Shown here in pieces: positions 1 to 12,689 of a stretch of DNA of 64,000 nt (positions within the stretch are counted from its first letter, which is position 1; each line of letters opens with the position of its first letter). Source of the DNA: Eledone cirrhosa (Eukaryota); NCBI GenBank assembly GCA_964016885.1, contig OZ024742.1:196106001-196170000 (forward strand), written 5' to 3'. The notes beneath the pieces were generated by a model, which searched no databases, was not told the origin of the DNA, and saw only the letters and a program-made list of their open reading frames with translations. Both the position numbers and the translations under genes were made by a program.

Positions 1-960
<960 letters not shown>

Positions 961-3900
961 ACTTTGAATAACTTTGAAATGTTTTGGCCAGTATTGGCCC
1001 AGGCCATGTCTAACTTAATTGCACCACCTGGCGAAGTCTTTCAATTCAGGATTTGGGCACCATGGCCCATTCGAGAAGAGAATTACTGTTTGCGGAGACA
1101 TATCCGGGTGTGGGTGGTTTGTCCGGGATTACTTGGAGGAATTTGTCCAAAGACTTCTTGAATTTTGTGTGGTCAGTTTCTGTTTTGACGTGTCCTGGTG
1201 TGATGTTGAAGAGAGCAGGGCCGATTGAGGTGAAATAATTGTGCCGTATTGTTGTTATGAGTTGCGATTTAGATTTTTGAATGGGACGGATAGCACGGGG
1301 CCCAAGCCTTGGGTGTATCTTGAAGGCGATGCCAACATCATTTGGGCAGTGATGATGGAACATTTTCCACATCATGCAGATAATATAACGCTCACGGCGA
1401 CGTTGGAGTGAGTAAAGTTTCAGGTTTTCCAATCGACCCCAGTAGTCAAGGTCTGACATGCCATCTATCTTTTTCGTGATTGCCCTTTGAGGAGCTTCAA
1501 GTTTCATGATACTTTGTTTCGTGTGGGGAGACCACAGTGGACAACAGTATTCAAGGTGTGGTCGGGCGAAAGTAGAGAAGAGAAGGATAATGGTGCGGGA
1601 ATCTCTCGACTGGAAGGTTCTGAGGATCCAGGAACACATTCTGCGGGCCATGTCAACTTTGCTGCTTATATGCGTGGTCCAGCTTATGTTGCTGTCCACG
1701 GTTACTCCCAAGTCTCTGATGTTGTTAGATGCCACGAGAGTTTCCCCGGAGGGAAGGGAGTACGGGAGTTTCAGAGCATCCTCTTTTCCAAAGTGGATCA
1801 GTTCGAATTTGTCTTCGTTCAGTAACATGTTGTTCTTTTCTGCCCATTGGGTAACAGCCAGTAGGTCTGACTGAAGGCTTATCCGGTCATCCACGCCATT
1901 GATGACCTTTTGGAGCTTGGAATCATCAGCGAAAATTTTAATGTTGCTGTGTTTGATGATGTCAGTGATGTCATTAATATAGATGATGAAGAGAAGTGGG
2001 CCCAACACAGTGCCTTGTGGGACTCCACTACTGACTTTGGCTGGGCTTGATTTGACTCCCTCAACTACAACATGTTGGGTTCTGTTTGACAGGAAGCTCT
2101 TGATCCACTGCAGCAGCTTTCCAGTGACACCAATATTGGACAGCTTTCTCAGTAGAATGTTATGATCAACCCTGTCAAAGGCCTTGCTGAAATCAAGGTA
2201 GATAACATCAGTGTTGGAACCCTCTCCCAAGGCTCTCAAAATGTCATCAAAGTGATGCAGTAGTTGCGTCAGGCAATCCCTTCCATTACGGAATCCATGC
2301 TGGTTGGAGTTCAGCATATTGTTACTCTCAAGGAAGTGGGTCATTCGCGATCTCACCACTCGCTCAAATACCTTAATGATATGAGAGGTGAGTGAGATTG
2401 GACGGTAATTCACGGCAAGGGATTTGTTTCCCTTTTTGAAAACTGGGACAACAGACTGGGATAGGTTTTCTGGCACATATCCAGCATCCAGTGAGTTCCG
2501 CCACAGATTGGCAAGAGGAGAAGCAAGTTGGTGTTGACACGCCTTCAAGACACAAGCAGGGAACCTATCGGGACCTACTGCTGAATTATGCTTGATTTCC
2601 TTTATTGCCGCCAAGACATCAGGGGCGCCAAACGTTATGTCCGATAAGGTGTAATGGGGAGTAACATCGCCGATACAGCCCAGATCGGCCATATCAGGAT
2701 TGCTGAAAACAGAGCAGTATTGTTTCTGCAGTATCTCACCCATGGTTTTAGCATTGTCTTGAAGAGTGCCATTTTCATCAATTAGAGGGCCAACAGTAGA
2801 GCCAGTGATTTTGTGTTTTTTTGCAAATGAAAAGAACACTTTGGGATTGAGTTTGATCTTCTCAATGGCCCAGGCCTCTTCAGCTCTTCTCTGATTGTTG
2901 ATGAGGGACATTATGTTGTTTTGGAGGTTATGTTTTTTAATCTCTAGTGATGAAATGGCAGTCAAGTTGATGTGTTGCTGCTGACAGTATTTCAGCTTGT
3001 TGATTTTTTTGTTCGTTCTCTTAATTTTTCTGATGACCGTTTTTCTATTTCTAGGGATTCTGCTCTTAGATTTGTTTATAGTTCTTAATGGGGTGTGTTT
3101 AGCACATATGTTTGTAACAGTGTCCACAAATGTCTGCCAGGACTTTTTGATGTTAGTGGGTGTATGAGTGTGCGTGAAGGACCAGTCGACATGTGCAAGA
3201 TCATGACTGATCGCTTCCCAGTTTGCATTGTGGAAATCCATAGCGTCAAACGGATGGACAGGAGAGATGACATTGGGTTTGTATATTGGACTGTGGAATC
3301 TCAGATCACAGAGAACCATGTCATGATCAGAGAGTAGAGTTTTCTCCACTGCAATATTGTGGATATTGTCAGTGTGATTGCTGAAAATTAAGTCTAGGAC
3401 GTTTTTGTGGCACCTCGTTGGTTCGAGCACTAGTTGGGATAGGAAGAAATCATCCATGAAGTCAAGAAGCGATTCCACAGCTTCCCTGTCAGAGGTTGAG
3501 GCAGAAGAACCTGGTGGCAGGGTGTTTGTGGACCAGTCAACTCCGGGGAGGTTGAAGTCCCCCATCATTAAGATGTTGTCAGGGTGACACTCATGGATGA
3601 AACACTTTATGCTGTTGAGGCATTCCTTGAAGCATGGTACAGGCGTTTGGGGTGGCCTATAGAGCCCAACTACTAATAGGTTGTTGGTTTGACTGAATAC
3701 AGTGACTGCCTCACAGTATCCATTAGTGAATATGTTCATAGCCTCTGTTGAGAAAGAATTATGGACATAAATGGCAGTTCCGCCCTTTCTTCTGCCAGCG
3801 CGATCAGCACGGATGGCTTTGAAATTTTTCACTTTCACCTCGGCTTCCAAGTGGAGGTTACTGAGATGGGTTTCAGTGAGGACGAAGAAAGGGATGTGGT

Positions 3901-4080
3901 TTGGATGGACATCAATCCAGTCCTCCAGGAATTTGATCTTCCATTTTTGAGTATTGGTGGAAGGGCTGATGCCTTGGGCGTTAAGCAAAAATGTAGAGGC
4001 GAGAGTGGATGGTTTTAATTGTTTTGGTGTGTTGTTAATTTGTTTGCTTACGCAAGCCATTTGCAGATTCTTCTCCCAGT
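961..4080 (-). mobile_element. Non-LTR retrotransposon (LINE), CR1/L2-group-like, 5' truncated near the ORF2 start
   Basis: Intact ORF2; short 3' UTR ending in tandem TTCAAAGTTA on the minus strand (about 959-980), which runs into (TA)n. Clade assignment is approximate. Confidence 0.9.
1046..4060 (-). CDS. LINE ORF2: apurinic-like endonuclease + reverse transcriptase (1004 aa)
   Basis: APE motifs LTETHL, GLYRPP, MGDFNLP, LDLIF, SDH; RT motifs [38 protein letters not shown]. No stops or frameshifts. Confidence 0.95.
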   Translation of the reverse strand: MACVSKQINNTPKQLKPSTLASTFLLNAQGISPSTNTQKWKIKFLEDWIDVHPNHIPFFVLTETHLSNLHLEAEVKVKNFKAIRADRAGRRKGGTAIYVHNSFSTEAMNIFTNGYCEAVTVFSQTNNLLVVGLYRPPQTPVPCFKECLNSIKCFIHECHPDNILMMGDFNLPGVDWSTNTLPPGSSASTSDREAVESLLDFMDDFFLSQLVLEPTRCHKNVLDLIFSNHTDNIHNIAVEKTLLSDHDMVLCDLRFHSPIYKPNVISPVHPFDAMDFHNANWEAISHDLAHVDWSFTHTHTPTNIKKSWQTFVDTVTNICAKHTPLRTINKSKSRIPRNRKTVIRKIKRTNKKINKLKYCQQQHINLTAISSLEIKKHNLQNNIMSLINNQRRAEEAWAIEKIKLNPKVFFSFAKKHKITGSTVGPLIDENGTLQDNAKTMGEILQKQYCSVFSNPDMADLGCIGDVTPHYTLSDITFGAPDVLAAIKEIKHNSAVGPDRFPACVLKACQHQLASPLANLWRNSLDAGYVPENLSQSVVPVFKKGNKSLAVNYRPISLTSHIIKVFERVVRSRMTHFLESNNMLNSNQHGFRNGRDCLTQLLHHFDDILRALGEGSNTDVIYLDFSKAFDRVDHNILLRKLSNIGVTGKLLQWIKSFLSNRTQHVVVEGVKSSPAKVSSGVPQGTVLGPLLFIIYINDITDIIKHSNIKIFADDSKLQKVINGVDDRISLQSDLLAVTQWAEKNNMLLNEDKFELIHFGKEDALKLPYSLPSGETLVASNNIRDLGVTVDSNISWTTHISSKVDMARRMCSWILRTFQSRDSRTIILLFSTFARPHLEYCCPLWSPHTKQSIMKLEAPQRAITKKIDGMSDLDYWGRLENLKLYSLQRRRERYIICMMWKMFHHHCPNDVGIAFKIHPRLGPRAIRPIQKSKSQLITTIRHNYFTSIGPALFNITPGHVKTETDHTKFKKSLDKFLQVIPDKPPTPGYVSANSNSLLEWAMVPKS

Positions 4081-4099
4081 TGCTGGGCCTCTATTCTAT

Positions 4100-5043
4100 T
4101 ATGCTTCTTGCTATACTGTTCTATAATATTTCTAAGTTCGGATTTAGCTATACTAAATTGTGCTTCTGTTTGTTCATCGACCTGCGACGGCAACTGCGTG
4201 CGTTTGTTAAATGGCAAAGTCGTGGCGTGGACTCGTCGTAGGTCGAATGATTTATCGGAGGGGTTATAAAACGGAGAGTTCCAGGCTGCTGCTTTATGTG
4301 TACTTGCGCTATTGTTAGTTGTGTTGTTTCTATTTCCACCAACAGCAGCAGCCTCAGCTTCATGGTTGTTTCTATGTCTCTCATAATTACTCCTATCTCT
4401 TTCCACTGGCTCAATGTTGTTATCTACCCTATTTTGTGTGTCTGTGTGTTCGTCTTGGTTATTCTCTTTGTCCTTAGTCTCCCTACTCCTTTTAATCCTA
4501 TTACTTTCTCTTATTTCTCTGATTTCTGTGCTACTGTCATTACTTGTTTTCTGTGTCTGTGTGTTTGTTAAGATTGTAGTGGTGGTGGGAGGCATTGAAT
4601 GTGTGTGTGTTGTTGTTGTTGATGTGTGTTGTTGTCTCCGTGTGTGTGTGTGTGTTATCGTTGTTGTGTGTGTTGTTATTGTTGTTTGTGTTTGCGTGTC
4701 TGTTGTTGTTGTATCTGGGTATGTTGCTGTTGTTGTTGTTGTTGATGTGTGTGTTGTTGTTATTGTTGTCTCCGTGTGTGTTGTTATTGTTGTTTGTGTC
4801 TGCGTGTCTGTTGTATCTGGGTATGTTGCTATTGTTGGTATTGTATCTGGGTATGTTGCTATTGTTGTTGTTATTGTTGTTTGTGTCTGTGTGTCTGTTG
4901 TTGTTGGGATGTGTGTTGTATATGTGTGTGCGTATATTGTTGCTTTTGTTTTTGTTTTTGATGCTCCAGCGTAGTTTCGTAAATGATTTTTCTATTTCTG
5001 ACAGACAACTAATCATATTTACCTTCTTGAATGTCGCAAATTT
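4100..5043 (-). mobile_element. Inverted N-terminal fragment of a Penelope-like element ORF
   Basis: Minus-strand peptides KFATFKKVNMISCLSEIEKSFTKLRW and FYNPSDKSFDLRRVHATTLPFNKRTQLP, separated by an Asn/Thr-rich linker with a frameshift. They resemble PLE N-terminal regions (recognised from memory, not searched). Confidence 0.55.
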
Positions 5044-5735
5044 TTAAAGGAGCCAGAACCAAATGGGAAAAAATGGTAAATAATGACATAAATGGGACCT
5101 GCCCCTTGTATAGGAGCAAATTTTGGAATAGAATAGAAAGAACTAAGAACAAGGCCAATAGAATAAACTCATGGTATGATAGCAATAAATACCAGAGTGT
5201 AATGTTCATCAATACAACCCCTAGAGGTGAACTAGCCTACAAATTTAGAAGGGCCCTAAAGAAACATAATCTCAATATTAAGATAGTAGAAAGACCTGGT
5301 ACCTCCGTAAAAACACTTATTAGCAAGACATACCCGTTCCAAAGACCCTCATGTATAGATAAGAAATGTATAACCTGTAAAATAAGCCCCCATATTAACT
5401 GTAAAACTAGAAATGTAGTATATAGCATAAGATGTACTGAGGGACAATGTAGAAACAAAAATATAGTGTACATAGGTGAGACAGCTCGTAGTATAGGGGA
5501 ACGAATAAATGAACACTGGCGAGACCTCCAAGATAGTAAAGAATCATCTGTGCTCTACCAACATGCTAAGATAGAACACAGGGGTAAATTAGAGAGCATA
5601 GAAATAAAAATAGAATCCACACACAAGAAAGACGCAATGGTTAGGCAAATTACAGAGGCAGTAAGCATAAAAGAATTAAAACCAAAATTAAATAGAAAAT
5701 ATGAGTGGAACAGCAACATCACAACTTACAATTAA
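5031..5735 (+). CDS. Penelope-like element C-terminal fragment with GIY-YIG endonuclease (5' truncated, no RT)
   Basis: NVVYSIRC...YIGETARSIGERINEH, RQITEAVSI, PKLNRKYEW; preceded by a Cys cluster (C-C-C-C) and PLYRSKFWNR, like Neptune-type PLEs. Confidence 0.88.
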   Translation: MSQIFKGARTKWEKMVNNDINGTCPLYRSKFWNRIERTKNKANRINSWYDSNKYQSVMFINTTPRGELAYKFRRALKKHNLNIKIVERPGTSVKTLISKTYPFQRPSCIDKKCITCKISPHINCKTRNVVYSIRCTEGQCRNKNIVYIGETARSIGERINEHWRDLQDSKESSVLYQHAKIEHRGKLESIEIKIESTHKKDAMVRQITEAVSIKELKPKLNRKYEWNSNITTYN

Positions 5736-6232
5736 GGACAAAATGAAAACACACACACACATATATAAACAACTTACAATTGAAAACACACACAAAATGA
5801 AAACACACACAAGACAAAATGAAAACACACACACACATAGAACAAACAACCAACCAACAATAAATAAATAAATAAACAAACAAATATAAATAGAAAAATA
5901 GAAAAATGAACACAAACACACACAGACACCCGGATGTGGCGCATGCGCAAACTGAGCACGCAACCCACACACAAACAAAATGGCGTAGGATAGAAGAAAG
6001 GAAAGGCACAGAAACGAAGAAAGAAATCCCCAGTCACTGAAGAGGTCACAGAGTGTGTGACGAAAGAACTATGACTATATATATATAAACAACTATCTGG
6101 TTGTGGAACCAACCAACCAACCAGAAATTTATAAATTTGTAAATTTATAAATATATATTAAATTAAATTGAAGTGAAAGCAACTGGTGCGTGTGTTTCTT
6201 ATTGGCAACATGACCCTCCCAAAGTATAACAA
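5044..6232 (+). mobile_element. Penelope-like element 3' part including 3' UTR/pLTR
   Basis: GIY-YIG ORF, A/C-rich UTR and hammerhead motif, ending at (TA)n. The terminal 250 bp or so recur at 25581-25797 on the minus strand. Confidence 0.8.
6032..6076 (+). ncRNA. Minimal type I hammerhead ribozyme motif (Penelope-associated)
   Basis: AGTCA-CTGAAGA-G-GTCACA(gagtg)TGTGAC-GAAA-GAAC-TA-TGACT: conserved core, stem II, stem I AGTCA/TGACT, putative CUA cleavage triplet. Confidence 0.75.
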
Positions 6233-6293
6233 TATGTATATATATATATGTATGTATATATATATATGTATGTATATATATATATGTATGTAT

Positions 6294-6324
<31 letters not shown>

Positions 6325-6366
6325 TGTATATATATATATGTATGTATATATATATATGTGTGTATG

Positions 6367-6400
<34 letters not shown>

Positions 6401-6470
6401 TGTTTATATATATGTATATATATATGTGTATATATATATATATGTATGTATATATATATATATATGTATG

Positions 6471-6502
<32 letters not shown>

Positions 6503-6626
6503 TGTATGTATATATATATGTATATATATATATATATATGTATGTATATATATATGTATATATATATATATATGTATGTATATATATATATATGTATGTA
6601 TATATATATATATATGTATGTATATA

Positions 6627-6665
<39 letters not shown>

Positions 6666-6685
6666 ATATATATGTCTATATATAA
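6233..6685. repeat. (TA)n/(TATG) microsatellite
   Basis: Direct. Confidence 0.97.
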
Positions 6686-7057
6686 TTCTAGGAGAAGGAA
6701 AACTCTGATATAACACCTGCAACCCTGATGGTATCCAATGATGTTGACTTGTTCTTCTTTTTGGTAAATATCATCTTGGTTAAGAGAGTGGGACTGGCTT
6801 TGTGCAGTGCCTTTGCTCACTATAAAAGCTTCACGGCACAGGCATTGCTTTATATCTGGAGATCTCTCTGCACTTGTCGTCACATGGTACCATGGGCCCA
6901 GCACTATGTGTCAGTAATTGTCACAGGTGTAGGGTTTGTACCAGAGTTTTCAAGTCGCTGGCTGGACTAAAAAGTCACACTCGTTCAGCGCATCGGTAGG
7001 GTTCTCCTACATGGATATAAAGTAGTGGCCGTACTCGAAAACGAGTTGGCAGCCACC

Positions 7058-7179
7058 ATATATATATATATATGTATGTATATATATATGTATATATATA
7101 TATATATGTATGTATATATATATGTATATATATATATATATGTATGTATATATATATGTATGTATATATATATGTATAT

Positions 7180-7220
<41 letters not shown>

Positions 7221-7633
7221 TATGTATATATATATATGTATGTATATATATATATGTATATATATATATGTATGTATATATATATATGTATATATATATA
7301 TGTATGTATATATATATATGTATGTATATATATATATGTATATATATATATGTATGTATATATATATGTATGTATATATATATATGTATGTATATATATA
7401 TGTATATATATATATGTATATATATATATGTATATATATATATGTATATATATATATGTATATATATATATGTATTTATATATATATATGTATATATATA
7501 TATGTATATATATATATGTATGTATATATATATGTATATATATATGTATGTATATATATATGTATATATATATATGTATATATATATATGTATGTATATA
7601 TATGTATATATATATATGTATGTATATATATGT

Positions 7634-7673
<40 letters not shown>

Positions 7674-7806
7674 GTATATATATATATGTATGTATATATA
7701 TGTATATATATATATGTATGTATATATATATGTGTATATATATATATATATATATGTATGTATATATATATGTGTATATATATATATATATATATGTATG
7801 TATATA

Positions 7807-7845
<39 letters not shown>

Positions 7846-7852
7846 ATATATA

Positions 7853-7887
<35 letters not shown>

Positions 7888-7918
7888 GTATATATATATA
7901 TATGTATATATATATATG

Positions 7919-7966
<48 letters not shown>

Positions 7967-7970
7967 CATG

Positions 7971-8051
<81 letters not shown>

Positions 8052-8132
8052 GTATATATATATGTATATATATATATGTATGTATATATATATATGTATA
8101 TATATATATACATGTATATATATATATACATG

Positions 8133-8210
<78 letters not shown>

Positions 8211-8252
8211 TGTATGTATATATATATATACATGTATATATATATATACATG

Positions 8253-8286
<34 letters not shown>

Positions 8287-8300
8287 CATGTATATATATA
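7058..8300. repeat. (TA)n/(TATG) microsatellite
   Basis: Direct. Confidence 0.97.
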
Positions 8301-8428
8301 TATGTGAATATAGACATAGAATATTCGAAAATATTCTGTATGTTTATAATAAACATTTTGAAGACCTAATCGCTATAGAATAGAATACGTCACGTATTAC
8401 AATTAGATTCTCGATAAAAGCAAGGGAA

Positions 8429-8471
8429 GTAATCTACGCGTTTCATTCTCGTTAGAAATCATCAGGACTAC
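8429..8471 (-). ncRNA. Minimal type I hammerhead ribozyme (first of six minus-strand copies; others start at 8739, 9049, 9361, 9671, 9981)
   Basis: Reverse complement reads GTAGTC-CTGATGA-tTTCTaacgAGAAt-GAAA-CGCG-TA-GATTAC. Confidence 0.85.
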
Positions 8472-10286
8472 ATATCCAGTGCTTTTATCGAGAATGACAC
8501 AGCTAGAGACTTATAGAATACTTAGCTGTGTACAGGAACTGGTTTGAAAGAGCGGTTGCCGGTCCGGCAGAAATTAGAAATTGGAATAAATGCTCTGAAA
8601 TAGCGATATATATGTGAATATAGACATAGAATATTCGAAAATATTCTGTATGTTTATAATAAACATTTTGAAGACCTAATCGCTATAGAATAGAATACGT
8701 CACGTATTACAATTAGATTCTCGATAAAAGCAAGGGAAGTAATCTACGCGTTTCATTCTCGTTAGAAATCATCAGGACTACATATCCAGTGCTTTTATCG
8801 AGAATGACACAGCTAGAGACTTATAGAATACTTAGCTGTGTACAGGAACTGGTTTGAAAGAGCGGTTGCCGGTCCGGCAGAAATTAGAAATTGGAATAAA
8901 TGCTCTGAAATAGCGATATATATGTGAATATAGACATAGAATATTCGAAAATATTCTGTATGTTTATAATAAACATTTTGAAGACCTAATCGCTATAGAA
9001 TAGAATACGTCACGTATTACAATTAGATTCTCGATAAAAGCAAGGGAAGTAATCTACGCGTTTCATTCTCGTTAGAAATCATCAGGACTACATATCCAGT
9101 GCTTTTATCGAGAATGACACAGCTAGAGACTTATAGAATACTTAGCTGTGTACAGGAACTGGTTTGAAAGAGCGGTTGCCGGTCCGGCAGAAATTAGAAA
9201 TTGGAATAAATGCTCTGAAATAGCGATATATATATGTGAATATAGACATAGAATATTCGAAAATATTCTGTATGTTTATAATAAACATTTTGAAGACCTA
9301 ATCGCTATAGAATAGAATATGTCACGTATTACAATTAGATTCTCGATAAAAGCAAGGGAAGTAATCTACGCGTTTCATTCTCGTTAGAAATCATCAGGAC
9401 TACATATCCAGTGCTTTTATCGAGAATGACACAGCTAGAGACTTATAGAATACTTAGCTGTGTACAGGAACTGGTTTGAAAGAGCGGTTGCCGGTCCGGC
9501 AGAAATTAGAAATTGGAATAAATGCTCTGAAATAGCGATATATATGTGAATATAGACATAGAATATTCGAAAATATTCTGTATGTTTATAATAAACATTT
9601 TGAAGACCTAATCGCTATAGAATAGAATACGTCACGTATTACAATTAGATTCTCGATAAAAGCAAGGGAAGTAATCTACGCGTTTCATTCTCGTTAGAAA
9701 TCATCAGGACTACATATCCAGTGCTTTTATCGAGAATGACACAGCTAGAGACTTATAGAATACTTAGCTGTGTACAGGAACTGGTTTGAAAGAGCGGTTG
9801 CCGGTCCGGCAGAAATTAGAAATTGGAATAAATGCTCTGAAATAGCGATATATATGTGAATATAGACATAGAATATTCGAAAATATTCTGTATGTTTATA
9901 ATAAACATTTTGAAGACCTAATCGCTATAGAATAGAATACGTCACGTATTACAATTAGATTCTCGATAAAAGCAAGGGAAGTAATCTACGCGTTTCATTC
10001 TCGTTAGAAATCATCAGGACTACATATCCAGTGCTTTTATCGAGAATGACACAGCTAGAGACTTATAGAATACTTAGCTGTGTACAGGAACTGGTTTGAA
10101 AGAGCGGTTGCCGGTCCGGCAGAAATTAGAAATTGGAATAAATGCTCTGAAATAGCGATATATATGTGAATATAGACATAGAATATTCGAAAATATTCTG
10201 TATGTTTATAATAAACATTTTCCTGTACACAGCTAAGTATTCTATAAGTCTCTAGCTGTATCATTCTCGATAAAAGCACTGGATAT

Positions 10287-10329
10287 GTAGTCCTGATGAT
10301 TTCTAACGAGAATGAAACGCGTAGATTAC
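10287..10329 (+). ncRNA. Minimal type I hammerhead ribozyme (plus-strand copy 1)
   Basis: GTAGTC CTGATGA TTTCTAACGAGAAT GAAA CGCG TA GATTAC; GUA triplet ends at 10323; palindromic stem III ACGCGT. Confidence 0.85.
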
Positions 10330-10596
10330 TTCCCTTGCTTTTATCGAGAATCTAATTGTAATACGTGACGTATTCTATTCTATAGCGATTAGGTCTTCAA
10401 AATGTTTATTATAAACATACAGAATATTTTCGAATATTCTATGTCTATATTCACATATATATCGCTATTTCAGAGCATTTATTCCAATTTCTAATTTCTG
10501 CCGGACCGGCAACCGCTCTTTCAAACCAGTTCCTGTACACAGCTAAGTATTCTATAAGTCTCTAGCTGTGTCATTCTCGATAAAAGCACTGGATAT

Positions 10597-10639
10597 GTAG
10601 TCCTGATGATTTCTAACGAGAATGAAACGCGTAGATTAC
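10597..10639 (+). ncRNA. Minimal type I hammerhead ribozyme (plus-strand copy 2)
   Basis: Identical motif 310 bp downstream of copy 1. Confidence 0.85.
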
Positions 10640-12139
10640 TTCCCTTGCTTTTATCGAGAATCTAATTGTAATACGTGACGTATTCTATTCTATAGCGATT
10701 AGGTCTTCAAAATGTTTATTATAAACATACAGAATATTTTCGAATATTCTATGTCTATATTCACATATATATCGCTATTTCAGAGCATTTATTCCAATTT
10801 CTATGTATATATATATATATGTATATATATATATACATGTATATATATATATATGTATGTATATATATATATACATGTATATATATATATATGTATGTAT
10901 GTATATATATATGTATGTATATATATATATATAAATCAGTTGCTGTATGAGCAAGACATGGTCAGCCGACCAGACACTGCCCACAACAGGACAACCCGTC
11001 TAACCCATGCTAGCGTGGAAGAACCGACGTAAAATGGTGATGATGATGATATATATGCAAAAGGCAATGTGTGTTTGTGTGCATCAGTATATATGTGTAT
11101 ATATATATAAGCATATATATGCTTATATAAATACACATACATATGTATACAGGTGCACAAACACACACATGTATATATATATTCCCCTTACTCTAAATAT
11201 TCTTCAGAATTAGATGTGATTCCATGGACCAATTTTGAAAATAACACAGAATGACATACCAAAGTAGTTTCTATTATTGTCATTCCGCAAGAGGGTGTGG
11301 TAGGTAGGTAGGTATGAGCAGTGGTAAAGATGGTGAGTAGGTAGATGTCGGGCGTGAGAGAAAGTGAATCTCTCCAAGTGACGAGACTATCTAAAATTGG
11401 GTTCCACTTCCTGCAGAATAAGTTCTCTAATTGCCCTCCAGTTCCTATCAAATCTGTGATTCAAATCTCCAATCTTCATTTACTGTTGCTAATCTCAGAC
11501 TTATAAAGTAAAAGTGCTGCTGTTGTTGTTGTGTGGAAGAACCTCTTAATTTATTTTTCTACTCCTTGGATTGTGCTCTCTTCCTCTCCCCTCTCTCTCT
11601 GTATGTATGTGTGTGTATGTGTGTATATATATATGTACTTAGAGAGAGAGAAAATAGGCTTTTAATTTCTACCAAGCTACAGATTGAATCATCAACTTCT
11701 ATTGTGTGTATTGAATATATTTTCTCTCCTTTCTGCATCTAAACACGTGTGTGTATATCATCATCGTCACAGTTTTACGTCCATTCTTCCATACTAGCAT
11801 GGGTTAGACATGTTTTCCTATTGTGGGCAATGCCAGGACGGATGACCATGTCTCGCTCATACAGGAACTGGTTTAGACTTGATTTCTACAGCTGGATGCC
11901 CTTCCTAACACCAAACTCATTTACAGTGAGTGCTGGGTGCTTTTTTTGTGGCGCCTACACGACCACTTTACAGTGTGGACTGGGTGCTTTTTGTCATGGC
12001 ACCTCCACAACCACTTTGCAGTGGGAAGGGGTGGGGGCATATTGTCTATATGCTTCAGCTTCGGCGTGTACCCATGGGAGGTTGGGTACTCTGTATTACT
12101 GTGTGACGCCCGAGGTCTCGGTCCTGTGTCATCGCCTTT

Positions 12140-12655
12140 GATAGGTGCAATTGGGCAAGGTCAGCTTTTATCACCTCATCCCAGGTCTTCTTGGGTCTCC
12201 CCACTCAAAGACTTCCATCGACTTTTAGTACTCTGTACCTTTTTATGCAGCTGTCATCCTTCATACGCATCACATATCCATATCAACGCAACCTCCTCTC
12301 CTGCACACAGCATTTGATTCCTCTTATGCTCAGTCTCTCTCTCAATTCATTTATGCTTTGCCGTTCGCGTATATTACTATTACACATCCATCGGATCATG
12401 CAGTCTTCGTTTCTATCTAATCTATGTAAGTCTTCCACCTTCATTAGATATGTATATCATCATTATCATCATCATTTAATGTCCGCTTTTCTCTGCTTGC
12501 AAGGGTGGGATGGGTCCTATTCAGCACAGCACCTCTCCACTTGTCATGGTCCTTCATCATCTCCACTGTGAGCTTCAGTGATCTGATGTCTGCTCTCACC
12601 ACCTCCGCCCATGTTTTTCGTTGTCTACCTCTACCATGTCTTCTTTCAACTGTAA
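12140..12655 (-). mobile_element. Two RTE-clade LINE 3' fragments
   Basis: Minus-strand similarity to 32287-32889; peptide GRGRQRKTWAEVVRAD; (ATG)n tail near 12460-12475. Confidence 0.7.
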
Positions 12656-12689
12656 TATATATATATATATATATATATATTTGTATTGG

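Larger units (their letters stand above)
8301..10803. mobile_element. 310-bp tandem array with hammerhead ribozymes (putative non-LTR retrozyme): about 6.2 units, then about 1.9 inverted units
   Basis: The same motif recurs at 8341, 8651, 8961, 9273, 9583, 9893 and 10203; orientation flips at about 10221. Units are near-identical and each full unit has a hammerhead motif. Confidence 0.85.
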
